DNA from: Rhodosorus marinus CCMP1338
Taxonomy: Eukaryota > Plantae > Rhodophyta
Reading direction: 5' to 3'
Assembly: GCA_029953675.1 (NCBI GenBank)
Contig: JAMWBK010000004.1
Span: forward strand, 372,001-436,000
Length of the DNA stretch: 64,000 bases
Both the position numbers and the translations under genes were made by a program. The notes under the pieces were generated by a model. The model saw only the letters and a program-made list of their open reading frames with translations. It was not told where the DNA came from and did not search any database. Below are positions 62,570-64,000 of the stretch, in pieces (position 1 is the first letter of the stretch; each line of letters begins with the position of its first letter).

Positions 62570-63337
62570 TTTTAACTCTGAAAACGAAGGGGGTGCCGAT
62601 TTTGACACAGTTGGGTCCCGACCCGGGTTATTCCAACAGATTCTTTGGGTATGTCCTTTCTTGCCGCAGAAATTGCAAATGACGTTGACATATTTCCCGT
62701 TGCGTAGCTCCTGGGTTTTGGGTTGGTACGAAAGGCCGGATCTTGTTCCCCGTGGTATCAGGTTTATTTGGCTCTCTGGTTTACGGTGTCGCTGGTCTTG
62801 CGGATCCCGTCGAAGCCCCTGACTCGCGTGGTCAGCTCCTTCGATTTTTAGGCCCAGAGACTGGGCATCCTCGAACGTAGTCACATCTTGGATATATATA
62901 TACCGTTTGATATCTGGTTTAAGACCCTCCACAAATCGGTCAAATTTCTCTGAATCAGAGATTTCTCCCACTTGTATAAGGCATTGGTTGAAATATGCCG
63001 TATACGACGCGACTGTCGCGCGCTGGGTGGCTCGCGCAAGTCGTTGTTTGGCTCTGATCTTCGTGTCCGCTGGATAGAATTGAGATTTCAGCAGAATCTC
63101 AAAACCTTCAAACGTAGTAGGTTTTTGGTCGTCGGGAATCAAGCACCACCAGTAAGACGCGTCACCGGTTAAGTACCCTTCCACCAGGGTAATTTTATAA
63201 TCGTCGTCATCATCAGAGAGTCGAGCTAACTTGAAGTATGTTCTCAGGTTGTTCAAGAAGGTGCTTATGAGCAACGCGTCCCTTCTTCCGTCGTAAGCCT
63301 TCGGCTGCGGGGCTTGGATTTTGATCAATGCGGCCAT
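62555..63337 (-). CDS. gag: Intact 260-aa retrotransposon Gag with a CCHC knuckle
   Basis: Uninterrupted ORF with PKAYDGRRD, YLTGDASYWW, FVEGLKPDI and CNFCGKKGHTQRIC. Confidence 0.92.
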   Translation of the reverse strand: MAALIKIQAPQPKAYDGRRDALLISTFLNNLRTYFKLARLSDDDDDYKITLVEGYLTGDASYWWCLIPDDQKPTTFEGFEILLKSQFYPADTKIRAKQRLARATQRATVASYTAYFNQCLIQVGEISDSEKFDRFVEGLKPDIKRYIYIQDVTTFEDAQSLGLKIEGADHASQGLRRDPQDQRHRKPESQINLIPRGTRSGLSYQPKTQELRNGKYVNVICNFCGKKGHTQRICWNNPGRDPTVSKSAPPSFSELKEEQQ

Positions 63338-63528
63338 TCTGGTTCTGTCAGGTTTTCTGGTTCAGGGTTCTGGTTCTATACGGGTTCTCGTGGTTCACTG
63401 GTTATATAGGATTCCTCTGGTTCAACTGGTATAGGATTCCTCTGGTTCTTTTCTGGTTCTAGTAGTACTGGGCTCACTTTTCAGGTTCGCATAATGGTTC
63501 CTCAATCGCAACTTGCGATGAGACCACT

Positions 63529-63840
63529 TGATACGTCTCAACTATCAACCGGGTTGACGTCTCCAATTATTCCAGAATTCAGGTTTACTTCCCCCTAATT
63601 ACTCCCTAATTAGGGAATATATCCCAATTCTAACCTTTTGCTATTAATTCTGGTTCTCTCCCCTCCTCCTTCTCCAGCGAACCTTAGTGGCATCGGATTT
63701 TCCATCGTATTTATACTCTTGCTTCATCGGGACGTGCAATAACCATTGGGACCAAACTGGTGTTGCACCTCCATAGATTCTGGCACAGCCCGAGCATAAT
63801 TTTGCATAGCCGGACGTTGCTGGAAGGTGCAGACGTCACA
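63529..63840 (-). repeat. Gypsy 5' LTR (312 bp) with a TATA-like motif
   Basis: Imperfect terminal inverted repeats, TATAAATA on the minus strand near 63710, and adjacency to both the PBS and the TSD. Confidence 0.85.
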
Positions 63841-63843
63841 TCT

Positions 63844-64000
63844 CCTCCTGCAGACTCTGATGATGATACCGACTCTTCTGTGTTGATGATGTAGACTCTG
63901 ATGATCAAACTCTTCTGTGTCTACTCTCTTCTGTGTTGATGATGCAGACTCTGATGATCAGACTCTTCTGTGTCTGCATCATCATCAGAGTCTGCAAGAG
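63844..64000. repeat. Short-unit repeat (GACTCTGATGAT and CTCTTCTGTGT) closed by an inverted copy
   Basis: CCTGCAGACTCTGATGATGAT near 63845 is the near reverse complement of ATCATCATCAGAGTCTGCAAG at the window end, with direct repeats in between. Confidence 0.8.

Larger units (their letters stand above)
61610..63840 (-). mobile_element. Rearranged non-autonomous Ty3/Gypsy element with an internal 478-bp inverted gag duplication
   Basis: A perfect TSD (TCTCC) lies at 61605-61609 and 63841-63845. The LTR is 63529-63840 (TGTGACGTC..GACGTATCA) and the PBS is 63515-63526, followed by gag and protease. The inverted arm is 61707-62184, followed by U5/PBS fragments. No RT, RNase H or integrase is present. 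Confidence 0.92.

Overview
Gene-dense eukaryotic nuclear DNA with many short GT-AG introns (most about 80-130 nt). It is most likely a red alga: it carries a nuclear POR with an MAFV-type transit peptide, a plant-type NDUFC2 and a cyanobacterial-like small protein. The taxon is an inference. About 20 protein genes can be supported: taspase-like, MESD-like, isochorismate synthase, GCP3, TRM10, PRXL2-like redoxin, F-box+SPOC, a pseudouridine glycosidase-kinase fusion ending in SKL, a SAP-domain protein, glutaminyl cyclase, NAK kinase, an ABC ATPase-UPF0014 fusion, eIF4E, a penta-EF-hand protein, EFG1, NDUFC2, a small cyanobacterial-type protein, an F-box protein, POR and TFB5. The most striking features are mobile. 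(1) A 2231-bp Ty3/Gypsy derivative (61610-63840, perfect TCTCC target-site duplication) keeps its LTR, primer-binding site (PBS), an intact gag and a predicted -1 frameshift signal. It also contains a 478-bp inverted copy of its own gag, so its transcript should fold into a long dsRNA hairpin, making it a candidate natural transposon silencer. (2) A decayed Copia element has a PBS that closely resembles the Gypsy's unusual one. (3) There are three relics of a CRE-like RLE non-LTR retrotransposon, one fused behind a tRNA-derived head in SINE architecture. All exon joins and homologies were read by eye and no searches were run.
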